In this document: positions 45,210 to 53,350 of the stretch, one piece after another
Layout: the number at the start of each line of letters is the position of its first letter
Numbering within the stretch: position 1 is the first letter of the stretch
Origin: Vicinamibacterales bacterium
Lineage (GTDB): Bacteria; Acidobacteriota; Vicinamibacteria; Vicinamibacterales; UBA2999
DNA length: 64,000 bases
Assembly: GCA_035575715.1 (NCBI GenBank)
Contig: DATLXN010000011.1
Span: forward strand, 6,354-70,353
Direction: 5' to 3'
The notes under the pieces: model-generated
The model's database searches: none
What the model was told of the DNA's origin: nothing
Seen by the model: only the letters and a program-made list of their open reading frames with translations
Translations under genes and position numbers: made by a program

Positions 45210-48200
45210 ATGCGTAGGTTGTTAATTCGAACTCTCCTCGCACTGTCGTGCGTGGCCGCGCCAGTTGTCGCTGCGGCACAAACCGGCACGTCGATCGCCG
45301 GAACGGTCCGCGACGCGTCCGGCGGCGTGTTGCCGGGCGTCACCGTCGAAGTCGCCAGTCCCGCATTGATCGAAAAAGTCCGCACGGCGGTGTCTGACGG
45401 CGAGGGCAAATACTCGATCGTCAGTCTGCGTCCCGGCATCTACACTGTGACCTTTTCGCTGCCCGGCTTCGGCACCGTCAAACGCGAAGCCATCGAGCTG
45501 ACGTCCGACTTCACCGCACAGGTGAATACCGATATGAAAGTCGGCACGCTCGAAGAAACCATCACCGTCACCGGTGAATCCCCCATCGTCGATACGCAAG
45601 CGGTGACCCAGCGTCACGTGATGACGCGTGAAGTACTCGACCTCATCCCGACCGGCCGCAACATTCAGGCGGTCGGGATCATGATCCCGGGCACCTCCCT
45701 GGCGGTCGGCGGCGGCGGCGCGCTGTCGCGTGACGTCGGCGGATCGGGGCAGCTGCAACAATCGCCCCTGCAGTACCGCGGCTCCGGTGACACCGTACAG
45801 ACCATCGAAGGCCTGCGCTTGAACAACCTGTGCGCGCAAGGCGCCTACAGCGGCGTCTATTGGAACGACGCCAGTTTCGAAGAGCTCAGTTACGTGACCG
45901 GCGCTGACTCCGCCGAAATGGGCCAAGGCGGGATGCGCGTCAACATGGTGCCCCGAGATGGCGGCAACAGCTTTCGCGGGCAAGTCTTCGGTAACTATGC
46001 CGATAGCGCCTTCGCCTCGAGCAATTGCGGATCGCCTGGCATCGGCCAACCGTGCACGCGTTCCAACCTCACCGGCAGCACCACGTTCAATCCGAACAAC
46101 ACCCTGACCAACGTCGATGAGATCCAGGAAATCTGGGATTTCAATCCGACGTTCGGCGGACCGATCAAGCGCGACAAGCTGTGGTTCCACTACACCTTCC
46201 GGCACTGGGGCACCAACAAGACCAAAGCCGACAGTTATTTCGACGCTGATCCTGACAACCCCTTCCGCTACGTCGCCGACACCAGTCGGCCCGGCATCGA
46301 TGACGGCCATATTGTCAGCAACGCGGGTCGGGTAAAGTGGGCAGCCACCAGCAAGGATCAGTTCTCGGTCTATCACGACAACCAGGCAAAATTCCGTGAC
46401 CATTGGGGCATTGCCGCGGCGATTCCACCGGAAGCGGCTGGCGTCCAGGTGACCCCGACCAGCTTTGTCAACGTGACCAAATGGACACGGACACACACCA
46501 ATCGGCTGCTGTTCGAGGCCGGCTTCGGCTACTACAACCAGGAGTACACCGAGCTCTATCAGCCCAGCGTCACCGGCCAGACCGACAAGGTGTGGGATCT
46601 CGAGGCGATTCGCAATTCGCGGGTCTACAACGTCGTCGATCAATCCAATGGCCGCCAGGCCAATGCGTGGCCGAATCCGGCCGATCACTTTTCGGTGTTG
46701 CGGACGTTCATGGGCGCCGCGTCCTACGTGACCGGCTCGCACAACTTCCGATTCGGCGCCACCCTGACCAACGGCGACTGGCGGCTTCTCACCGCCTGGA
46801 CGGGCGATGTACAACCGATCACCTACAACGCCGGAGCACCGGTCTCGGTGACCTTGCGTCTCCCCAGCGATCGCCGCAACGGCATCAACAGGGATCTCGG
46901 CCTGTTCCTGCAGGACCGCTGGGCGTTGGGTCGCGTGACGATGAACCTCGGCCTGCGCTACGACCAGTTCATCGGCGAGACGCGGGAAAGCGAAGTGCTA
47001 CCCAGCCGCTTCAACAACGGCTTCAAGTTCGAGCAGTGCTCCGACGGAAAAGCCGCCCCTGGCTGCGCCGGCACGGTGCAGAACTGGAAGGACATCTCGC
47101 CGCGCGTCGGCTTCGCGATGGACGTGTTCGGCAACGGCCGCACGGCGCTCAAAGCGAGCGTGGCGCGCTATGTGGCCGGCCAGCAGATCGCGGTAGCCAA
47201 CCAGGTCAACCCGGTCAGTGCGCTGAGCCTTGCCGACACGCGCGTCTGGAGAGATCTCGACGGTAACGGGTTGCCCCTCGATGGCAACGGCAACATCCAG
47301 TTCAATGAGCTGACCAACTCCGCGGCGACGCCGACGTTCGGACGCAATGTGTCGACCACCAGCTACGACCCGGCGGTGTTGAACGGCTGGGGCGCGCGTG
47401 GCTACAACCTCGAATATACCGTCGCGGCGCAGCACCAAGTCGCCAATCGCGTCTCGGTCAGCGGCGGCTATTACCGCCGCACCTTCGGCAACGCGACGTT
47501 CACCGACGACCTCCGCTACGACGCGAACAGTTACGACTCGTTCTGCATCACCGCACCAGTCGATCCGCGGCTGCCAGGCGGCGGCGGCTACCAGGTGTGC
47601 GGCGTACAAGACTTGAAGCCGGCCGTGTTTGCGCAGGGATTACCGGCGAACAACCTGATTCGCTTCTCCGACGACTTCGGCGGCGAAACGAACCTGTATC
47701 AAGGCTTCGATGCCAACATCGAAGGCCGCTTCCGCAACGGCGCGTTTCTCAAGGCCGGTATGCAGGCGACGGCGCGCACGTTCGACAACTGCAACCTGAT
47801 TGCCGCTGGTCTCGATGCAGTAGTCGGTGCGGCCGCGCAGGGCACCGAACTGTATGCCGATGGCAGCTCGGGTTGCCATCGCGAGTATCCGTATCGGCCG
47901 GATCTGAAATTGTCGGGCGCGTACATGTTGCCGCTCGGCATCCAGCTCGCCGGCACCTATCAGTTCAGCCGCGGCGTGCAGAACGGTGGCGCGAGCCCCA
48001 GCATCGGCGCCAGTTGGCCAATCACCAACGCGGTCGCCGCGCCAATGATCGGCCGCCCCTTCACTGGTGTCGCTTCGCGCACCGTGCAGTTGATCCGCGA
48101 AGGCCTCGAGTATGGCGAGCACAACCTGAGTCAGTTAGATATGCGGGTAGGCAAACGCTTCGACATCGGGCGCACCCGCCTGCGGCTCGACTTCGATGTC

Positions 48201-48335
48201 TATAACGCGCTAAACAGCAGTTGGCCGTACACGGTCAACGTGACCTACTCGACAGCCCCGAACGGACAGTACCTCCGTCCAACCAACGTGCTGCAAAGCC
48301 GCTTCTTCAAGCTGGGCGGACAGCTGAGCTTCTAA
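45210..48335 (+). CDS. TonB-dependent receptor with carboxypeptidase-regulatory-like domain (paralogue of 19244-22369)
   Basis: The start was set to ATG 45210 (MRRLLIRTLLALSCVAAPVVAAAQ). GTVRDASGGVLPGVTVEVASPALIEKVRTAVSDGEGKYSIVSLRPGIYTVTFSLPGF is present. The protein has a long barrel and ends in QLSF. Confidence 0.8.
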   Translation: MRRLLIRTLLALSCVAAPVVAAAQTGTSIAGTVRDASGGVLPGVTVEVASPALIEKVRTAVSDGEGKYSIVSLRPGIYTVTFSLPGFGTVKREAIELTSDFTAQVNTDMKVGTLEETITVTGESPIVDTQAVTQRHVMTREVLDLIPTGRNIQAVGIMIPGTSLAVGGGGALSRDVGGSGQLQQSPLQYRGSGDTVQTIEGLRLNNLCAQGAYSGVYWNDASFEELSYVTGADSAEMGQGGMRVNMVPRDGGNSFRGQVFGNYADSAFASSNCGSPGIGQPCTRSNLTGSTTFNPNNTLTNVDEIQEIWDFNPTFGGPIKRDKLWFHYTFRHWGTNKTKADSYFDADPDNPFRYVADTSRPGIDDGHIVSNAGRVKWAATSKDQFSVYHDNQAKFRDHWGIAAAIPPEAAGVQVTPTSFVNVTKWTRTHTNRLLFEAGFGYYNQEYTELYQPSVTGQTDKVWDLEAIRNSRVYNVVDQSNGRQANAWPNPADHFSVLRTFMGAASYVTGSHNFRFGATLTNGDWRLLTAWTGDVQPITYNAGAPVSVTLRLPSDRRNGINRDLGLFLQDRWALGRVTMNLGLRYDQFIGETRESEVLPSRFNNGFKFEQCSDGKAAPGCAGTVQNWKDISPRVGFAMDVFGNGRTALKASVARYVAGQQIAVANQVNPVSALSLADTRVWRDLDGNGLPLDGNGNIQFNELTNSAATPTFGRNVSTTSYDPAVLNGWGARGYNLEYTVAAQHQVANRVSVSGGYYRRTFGNATFTDDLRYDANSYDSFCITAPVDPRLPGGGGYQVCGVQDLKPAVFAQGLPANNLIRFSDDFGGETNLYQGFDANIEGRFRNGAFLKAGMQATARTFDNCNLIAAGLDAVVGAAAQGTELYADGSSGCHREYPYRPDLKLSGAYMLPLGIQLAGTYQFSRGVQNGGASPSIGASWPITNAVAAPMIGRPFTGVASRTVQLIREGLEYGEHNLSQLDMRVGKRFDIGRTRLRLDFDVYNALNSSWPYTVNVTYSTAPNGQYLRPTNVLQSRFFKLGGQLSF

Positions 48336-48338
48336 AAA

Positions 48339-48386
48339 GCAGGCAGGCGGGTAGGCAGGTAAGCGGGTAGGCAGGTAAGCAGGTAA
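48339..48386. repeat. six tandem octamers, consensus GCRGGTAR
   Basis: GCAGGCAG GCGGGTAG GCAGGTAA GCGGGTAG GCAGGTAA GCAGGTAA, starting 4 nt after the receptor stop codon. Confidence 0.9.
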
Positions 48387-48393
48387 CTAAGAT

Positions 48394-48422
48394 GGGCGGG
48401 TGCGCTTCGTGCGCGCCCGCCC
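48394..48422 (+). terminator. GC-rich stem-loop without U-tract (possible terminator of the receptor gene)
   Basis: GGGCGGG-T-GCGC-TTCGT-GCGC-G-CCCGCCC. It covers the GTG at 48400, which argues against that start codon. Confidence 0.4.
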
Positions 48423-48435
48423 ATTCGTGTCTTCA

Positions 48436-50028
48436 ATGAAATGTTGTCTTTCGTCTTTCGTCTTTCTCCTTTCCGTCACTGCGTCGTCCGCGCAGCACGC
48501 CTCGCATCGTCTTGCGCCCATTCCACTCGAAATCGTTGAACGGCCCGTGACGATGCGGGCCGGCGTGCCGCGTGCGCATGACGATACGGGCTCGCCATCG
48601 AAAGAGGCGCAGGCGTTCTACGACCAGGGGCTCGCCTATCTCCATTCGTTTGTCTGGATCGAGGCCGCGCGATCGTTCAACGCGGCGCTGCGCAGCGATC
48701 CGACACTCGCGATGGCGCACCTTGGCTTGAGCATCGCGTTTACGGAACTGAATCGACCGGCCGGTGCGCAGAAGGCGTTTGACGCAGCTGCCGCACACGC
48801 ACCGCAGGACGCGCATGCGCGACGCCACATCGACGTGCGGCGGCTGCAGATGTTTGCCGAGGGCGCACCCGGTGACGCGGCCAAGCTGGCGGCGTATCGC
48901 CAGGCGCTTGACGCCGCGATCACGGCGTTTCCACAGGACGCCGAGTTTGTATTGCTGCGCGGCATGGCCGAATCCGGCGACGCCGCCGATCGCGGCCAGG
49001 GCAGCCTTGCCGCCTCGGTCAGGTATTACGAACGCGCGCTCGCGCTGGAGCCGGGATATTTCGCGGCTCACCACTTTCTCGCGCATGCACACGAGAACGC
49101 GGGACACCAAGCCGCCGCGCTGCCACACGCCGCGACGTTCGCCAAACAGGCCGCGGAGATCCCGCACGCGCGCCACATGCACGGCCACAGCCTGCGTCGC
49201 GTCGGCCGCGTCCACGACGCGATTGTTGAATTCGAAGCCGCCGATCGCCTGCACCGGCAGTATGCGCAACGGGAGAAGATCGCACCGGAGTACGACTGGC
49301 ACTTCGAGCACAACCTCGGCTTGCTCGCCACCTCGCTCCACTACACCGGTCAAATCAAGCGCGCCGAGACATTATTGAAAACGGCATTCGCGCTGCCGAC
49401 CAACCTGCTGGTTCAGGCCTACAACAAACGCGAGTGGCCGATGTTCCTGCGCGCACGCGGACGCTATACCGAGGCAGAAGCCGCGGCCAAGGTGCTCATC
49501 GGCCACGCCAACCCCGTGGTCCAGGCGACGGGCCACATCGAGGCCGGCTTTGCGCTGCTGGCGCAGCAGCGCTGGGGCGAGGCGGCCAACGCCTCGAATG
49601 CGGCGCTGCGGCTGTTGCGGACGGCGCCGGGCGGCGCCGTCGCGGCCACTGCGCTGCAGGCGTTACAGGGAGAATTCAACCTGCGCACCGCGGAACGCGC
49701 CAAAGGCCGCGCCATGCTCGAAGAGGCGGCGAAGAAGCTGCGTGCCGCACCAGGGCCCGACGCCTGGAGCCAGGCACTTTTCAGTCTGGAGCAGATGGCT
49801 CGCAGCGCGCGCACCGTCGGTGATTGGGAGCTCGCGGGGAAGTTGGCGGGGCACATGGCTGAGCACGACCCGGCCTACGGCGGGACGCACTACGCACTTG
49901 CACTTGTGGCGGAGCACGGCGAAGATGCCGCTACGGCCAAAGCCGAGCTGGCGCTGGCCCTGAAGTCTTGGGCGAAAGCTGATCCCGATTTACCTGAACT
50001 CGTCGAGATTCGAAAGAAATTGAAATGA
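48436..50028 (+). CDS. TPR-repeat protein with predicted signal peptide
   Basis: The start was set to ATG 48436 (MKCCLSSFVFLLSVTASSAQ), downstream of the hairpin. Multiple TPR-like helices follow (AQAFYDQGLAYLHSF..., YYERALALEPGYFAAHHFLAHA). If the signal peptide is not real, the start could be the ATG near 48553. Confidence 0.6.
   Translation: MKCCLSSFVFLLSVTASSAQHASHRLAPIPLEIVERPVTMRAGVPRAHDDTGSPSKEAQAFYDQGLAYLHSFVWIEAARSFNAALRSDPTLAMAHLGLSIAFTELNRPAGAQKAFDAAAAHAPQDAHARRHIDVRRLQMFAEGAPGDAAKLAAYRQALDAAITAFPQDAEFVLLRGMAESGDAADRGQGSLAASVRYYERALALEPGYFAAHHFLAHAHENAGHQAAALPHAATFAKQAAEIPHARHMHGHSLRRVGRVHDAIVEFEAADRLHRQYAQREKIAPEYDWHFEHNLGLLATSLHYTGQIKRAETLLKTAFALPTNLLVQAYNKREWPMFLRARGRYTEAEAAAKVLIGHANPVVQATGHIEAGFALLAQQRWGEAANASNAALRLLRTAPGGAVAATALQALQGEFNLRTAERAKGRAMLEEAAKKLRAAPGPDAWSQALFSLEQMARSARTVGDWELAGKLAGHMAEHDPAYGGTHYALALVAEHGEDAATAKAELALALKSWAKADPDLPELVEIRKKLK
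48446..48473. repeat. four tandem heptamers GTCTTTC GTCTTTC GTCTTTC TCCTTTC inside the 5' end of the TPR ORF
   Basis: Read directly from the sequence. Same word as the pyrimidine arm at 61068-61116. Confidence 0.85.
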
Positions 50029-50042
50029 TCAATGGAGCTGTC

Positions 50043-50411
50043 ATGACCAAATTCACAGTGCTGCTCGTGGCACTCGTCCTGTTCGCTGCCCCCGTCTCGG
50101 CGCAGAAGTCCGACCTCACCGGCCAATGGGCTGTCGACGTGCAGACTGATGCCGGGAGCGGGTCGCCTGTCTTCGTGCTGAAACAGGTCGACGACAAACT
50201 CACCGGCACTTACAAAGGTACCCTCGGCGAGGCCAATGTCACCGGCACCGTCTCCGGCAAGACGTTCAAGATTACCTTCAATATCGATGCGCAAGGCACC
50301 GCGCTGGCAGTCGTCTACGACGGCGAGATCGACAGCAGCGACGCGATCAAAGGCCGTGTCGATCTGGGCGGGCTCGGCAGCGGCACCTTTACCGGGAAGC
50401 GCAGCAAATGA
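50043..50411 (+). CDS. small secreted hypothetical protein
   Basis: The start was set to ATG 50043 (MTKFTVLLVALVLFAAPVSAQ). The 122-aa protein is beta-rich. It is tightly packed between the TPR and dehydrogenase genes, and its stop overlaps the next ATG. Confidence 0.55.
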   Translation: MTKFTVLLVALVLFAAPVSAQKSDLTGQWAVDVQTDAGSGSPVFVLKQVDDKLTGTYKGTLGEANVTGTVSGKTFKITFNIDAQGTALAVVYDGEIDSSDAIKGRVDLGGLGSGTFTGKRSK

Positions 50412-52306
50412 GCGCGCGCAGATTCGGGCTCGTCGCCCTGATCGCCACTACGTTGGTCTTCGCGATTGTCGCGCGGACGGCGCTGACCGCCGAACAAGGC
50501 AAGCCAGTCGGCACCGCAGGTCTCTCCTTGCCGGCCGGCGAACTGGGGGGCGCGCTCTATACCGAGCGGTGCGCTGCCTGTCATGACGCGCCCGACACGT
50601 CGCGCGCCCCGTCACGGCAGAACCTCAGCGCACGAACCGTCGCGCAGATCGTCGCCGCCCTCTCTCCGGGCGGCGTCATGGCGGTCCACGGCGACAAAAT
50701 GTCAGCGCCAGAGAAGCACGCGGTCGCGACTTTCTTGTCTGCCGCGAGCGCCGCGGCTCCCGGTGCCGCTGCGGCCTCTGCGGATCCCGCGGTGGGCAGC
50801 TGCCCGGCCAATCCACCGATCCCGGACCTCGCATCGCTGCCGGCCTGGAACGGCTGGGGCAACGACGCGGCCAATACCCGCTTCCAGCACGCCCAGGCGG
50901 CAGGCCTCAGCGCGGGTGATGTCCCTCAGCTGACCCTGAAGTGGGCGTTTGCCTTCGCCGGATCAACGGCGGCATCCGGCCAGCCGACCATTGCCGCGGG
51001 GCGCGTCTTCGTCGGCAACAGCAACGGCATGGTCTACTCGCTCGACGCCAAGACCGGCTGCACCTACTGGACCTTCAAAGCGGATGGTGGCGTGCGTGTG
51101 TCGCCAAGCATCGCGCGCGTTGCTATCGGCGGCACGCAGCGGGCCATCGCGATGTTCGGTGACGTCCGCGCCACCGCCTACGCCGTCGATGCCCAGACCG
51201 GCACGATGGTGTGGAAGTTGAAGGTCGACGACCACGCCTTCGCGCGCATCACCGGCGCACCGTCATACGCCAATGGACGTCTTTACGTGCCCGTGTCTTC
51301 GGTCGAAGAAGTCTCGGGAGGACGTCCGTCCTACCAGTGCTGCACTTTCCGCGGCAGCGTCGTCGCCCTCGACGCCGCAACCGGCAAGCAGCTCTGGAAG
51401 ACCTACATGATTCCTGAGGCGCCGAAGATCGTCGGCAAGAATTCCGCTGGTACATCGCTGTGGAAAGATGCCGGCGTTGCGATCTGGACGTCGCCGACGC
51501 TCGACGTCGCGAAGAACATGATTTACGTCGCGACCGGCAACGCCTACACCAGTCCCGCAGCGCCGACCAGCGATGCGGTGGTCGCCCTCGATATGGCCAG
51601 CGGTGCGATTCAATGGGTTCAGCAAGCGACGCCGAATGATGTCTACGTGATCGGCTGCAAGCCGGGTGTCGAGAACTGCCCCGATGACGTCGGACCCGAT
51701 TTCGACTTTGGCAACTCGCCCATCCTGCGGGCGTTGCCCGGTGGCCGGCGCGTACTGACGCTCGGACAAAAGTCGGGCATGGTCTACGGCATGGATCCCG
51801 ACAACAAGGGAAAAGTCTTGTGGCAGATGCGCGCCGGCAAAGGCGGCGAACTCGGCGGCATCGAATGGGGCTCGGCCGCAGATGAACAGAACGTCTACAT
51901 TCCAGTCTCCGACGTTCTGCGTCCCGCAGGCGAAGCGGGCGGCCTCTACGCCTATCGATTAGCCACCGGCGAACAGGTCTGGCACACGCCAGCGCCGGCC
52001 CTGGCGTGCACCGGCGGGCAGGGATGCACCGGGGCCCAGTCTGCGCCGGTCAGTGTCATGCCCGGGGTCGTGTTCTCAGGCTCCGTTGACGGCAACCTCC
52101 GTGCGTATGCGACCGCCGACGGCAAGATCATCTGGACGTTCAATACGATGCGGCCCTTCGAAACGGTCAACGGCGTCAAAGGCCAGGGCGGCTCGATCGA
52201 CGCCGCCGGTCCGGTCATCGCCGGAGGGATGGTGTTTACCAACTCAGGCTACGGCCAGTGGCGCGGCAAGCCCGGGAACGTCCTGCTGGCGTTTGGTTTG
52301 CCGTAA
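50408..52306 (+). CDS. quinohemoprotein-type dehydrogenase: N-terminal heme-c domain plus PQQ-like beta-propeller (polyvinyl-alcohol-dehydrogenase-like architecture)
   Basis: CAACH heme motif near the N-terminus. WNGWGNDAANTRFQ is present, with repeated propeller blades (VFVGNSNGMVYSLDAKTG, VVALDAATGKQLW, VVALDMASGAIQW, LYAYRLATGEQVW, LRAYATADGKIIW). Confidence 0.65.
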   Translation: MSARRFGLVALIATTLVFAIVARTALTAEQGKPVGTAGLSLPAGELGGALYTERCAACHDAPDTSRAPSRQNLSARTVAQIVAALSPGGVMAVHGDKMSAPEKHAVATFLSAASAAAPGAAAASADPAVGSCPANPPIPDLASLPAWNGWGNDAANTRFQHAQAAGLSAGDVPQLTLKWAFAFAGSTAASGQPTIAAGRVFVGNSNGMVYSLDAKTGCTYWTFKADGGVRVSPSIARVAIGGTQRAIAMFGDVRATAYAVDAQTGTMVWKLKVDDHAFARITGAPSYANGRLYVPVSSVEEVSGGRPSYQCCTFRGSVVALDAATGKQLWKTYMIPEAPKIVGKNSAGTSLWKDAGVAIWTSPTLDVAKNMIYVATGNAYTSPAAPTSDAVVALDMASGAIQWVQQATPNDVYVIGCKPGVENCPDDVGPDFDFGNSPILRALPGGRRVLTLGQKSGMVYGMDPDNKGKVLWQMRAGKGGELGGIEWGSAADEQNVYIPVSDVLRPAGEAGGLYAYRLATGEQVWHTPAPALACTGGQGCTGAQSAPVSVMPGVVFSGSVDGNLRAYATADGKIIWTFNTMRPFETVNGVKGQGGSIDAAGPVIAGGMVFTNSGYGQWRGKPGNVLLAFGLP

Positions 52307-52318
52307 CGAGACGGACAA

Positions 52319-52377
52319 GCCGCAGAGGCACAGAGACGCAGAGAATGTTTCTCTCTGTGTCTCTGAGTCTCTGTGGC
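52319..52377 (+). terminator. long, nearly perfect hairpin (about 26 bp) built from CAGAG/CTCTG words; no U-tract
   Basis: Hand pairing of 52319-52344 with 52352-52377 gives one mismatch and three G-U pairs. The loop is ATGTTTC. The hairpin starts 13 nt after the dehydrogenase stop codon. Confidence 0.55.
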
Positions 52378-52388
52378 CGCGCTCGTCC

Positions 52389-52424
52389 CTACCCGCCCAC
52401 CTGCCTACCTGCCCACCTGCCTGC
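52389..52424. repeat. four tandem octamers CTACCCGC CCACCTGC CTACCTGC CCACCTGC (reverse complement of the GCRGGTRR family)
   Basis: Read directly from the sequence. CTACCCGC is the exact reverse complement of the GCGGGTAG units at 48347 and 48363. Confidence 0.9.
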
Positions 52425-52479
52425 GCAATCAACCTTCCCCACCGCAACCCCGTCTACTCCACTGTCATGGAGGTTTTTG

Positions 52480-53280
52480 ATGAGACGTCGCTCCACATCC
52501 GTATTGGCGCTCCTCTTCGCACTCATTCTCGCGGCGCCGGCCGCCGCCCAGCGCAATCGCGACCGCGATCGTGATCGCGAGCGGGACCAGGACCGCGATC
52601 AACCGCGTGAGACGGAAACGGTCGACCGGACCCTGTCGCTAGCGCCAGGTGGGACGGTTCGTCTGAAGACGTTCTCCGGGCGTGTCAACATCACCGGCAC
52701 GTCAGGCAATCAAGTGGTGATCAAAGCCGTCCGCCGGGCGACGCGCGAACGTCTCCAGGACATCAAGCTCGAAATTACGCAGAACGGCAGCGTCATCGAC
52801 ATCGACGCGAATCATCGTCTTGTCGAACGTCGCAACGACAACATCGTCGAAACTGATTTCGAGATCCAGGTGCCGAGCCAGGCCACCCTGGATCTCCGCA
52901 CCTTCAGCGCGCCGGTCACGGTCACCGGTGTCGCGGGAGACCTCACTGTCGACGGATTCTCGAGCGAAGTCCGGCTTACCGATGTCACCGGCCCAGTACG
53001 CGTCAAGACGTTCAGCGGCGGCGTCTCTGTCCAGGCCCGCGCATGGACGGATGGTGACGACGTGAACATCAACACGTTCAGTGGCGATGTCACGTTGCGC
53101 CTGCCTGACAGCGCCCGCGGTGATCTGACGTTTGATACCTTTAGCGGCCGCTTCAACAGCGATTTGCCGGTCACCCTCTCGTCGACCAGCAAGCGGAACT
53201 TCCGTGGATCGCTCAACGGCGGCGGCACGTCCGACATGCGGCTGAAAACGTTCAGCGGTGATGTGACCATCCGGCGATAA
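52480..53280 (+). CDS. DUF4097-like beta-strand repeat protein, secreted
   Basis: The start was set to ATG 52480, behind GGAGG (52469-52473). Signal peptide, then an RD-rich tract (RNRDRDRDRERDQDRDQ). Repeated TFSG(R/G/D)V units follow. The track start at 52258 runs through repeat DNA. Confidence 0.65.
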   Translation: MRRRSTSVLALLFALILAAPAAAQRNRDRDRDRERDQDRDQPRETETVDRTLSLAPGGTVRLKTFSGRVNITGTSGNQVVIKAVRRATRERLQDIKLEITQNGSVIDIDANHRLVERRNDNIVETDFEIQVPSQATLDLRTFSAPVTVTGVAGDLTVDGFSSEVRLTDVTGPVRVKTFSGGVSVQARAWTDGDDVNINTFSGDVTLRLPDSARGDLTFDTFSGRFNSDLPVTLSSTSKRNFRGSLNGGGTSDMRLKTFSGDVTIRR

Positions 53281-53350
53281 CCGACACGAGGCACAGAACT
53301 GCCGAAACCCGCAGTGTCGCTGAGTCCGTGCGTGAAGTATTCTGGCGCGC

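Noticed and set aside
52258-52479. Upstream extension of the DUF4097-like ORF (track start 52258).
   Set aside because: The extension runs through the 3' end of the dehydrogenase gene, the long hairpin and the octamer array. ATG 52480, with a GGAGG SD and a signal peptide, is the more plausible start.
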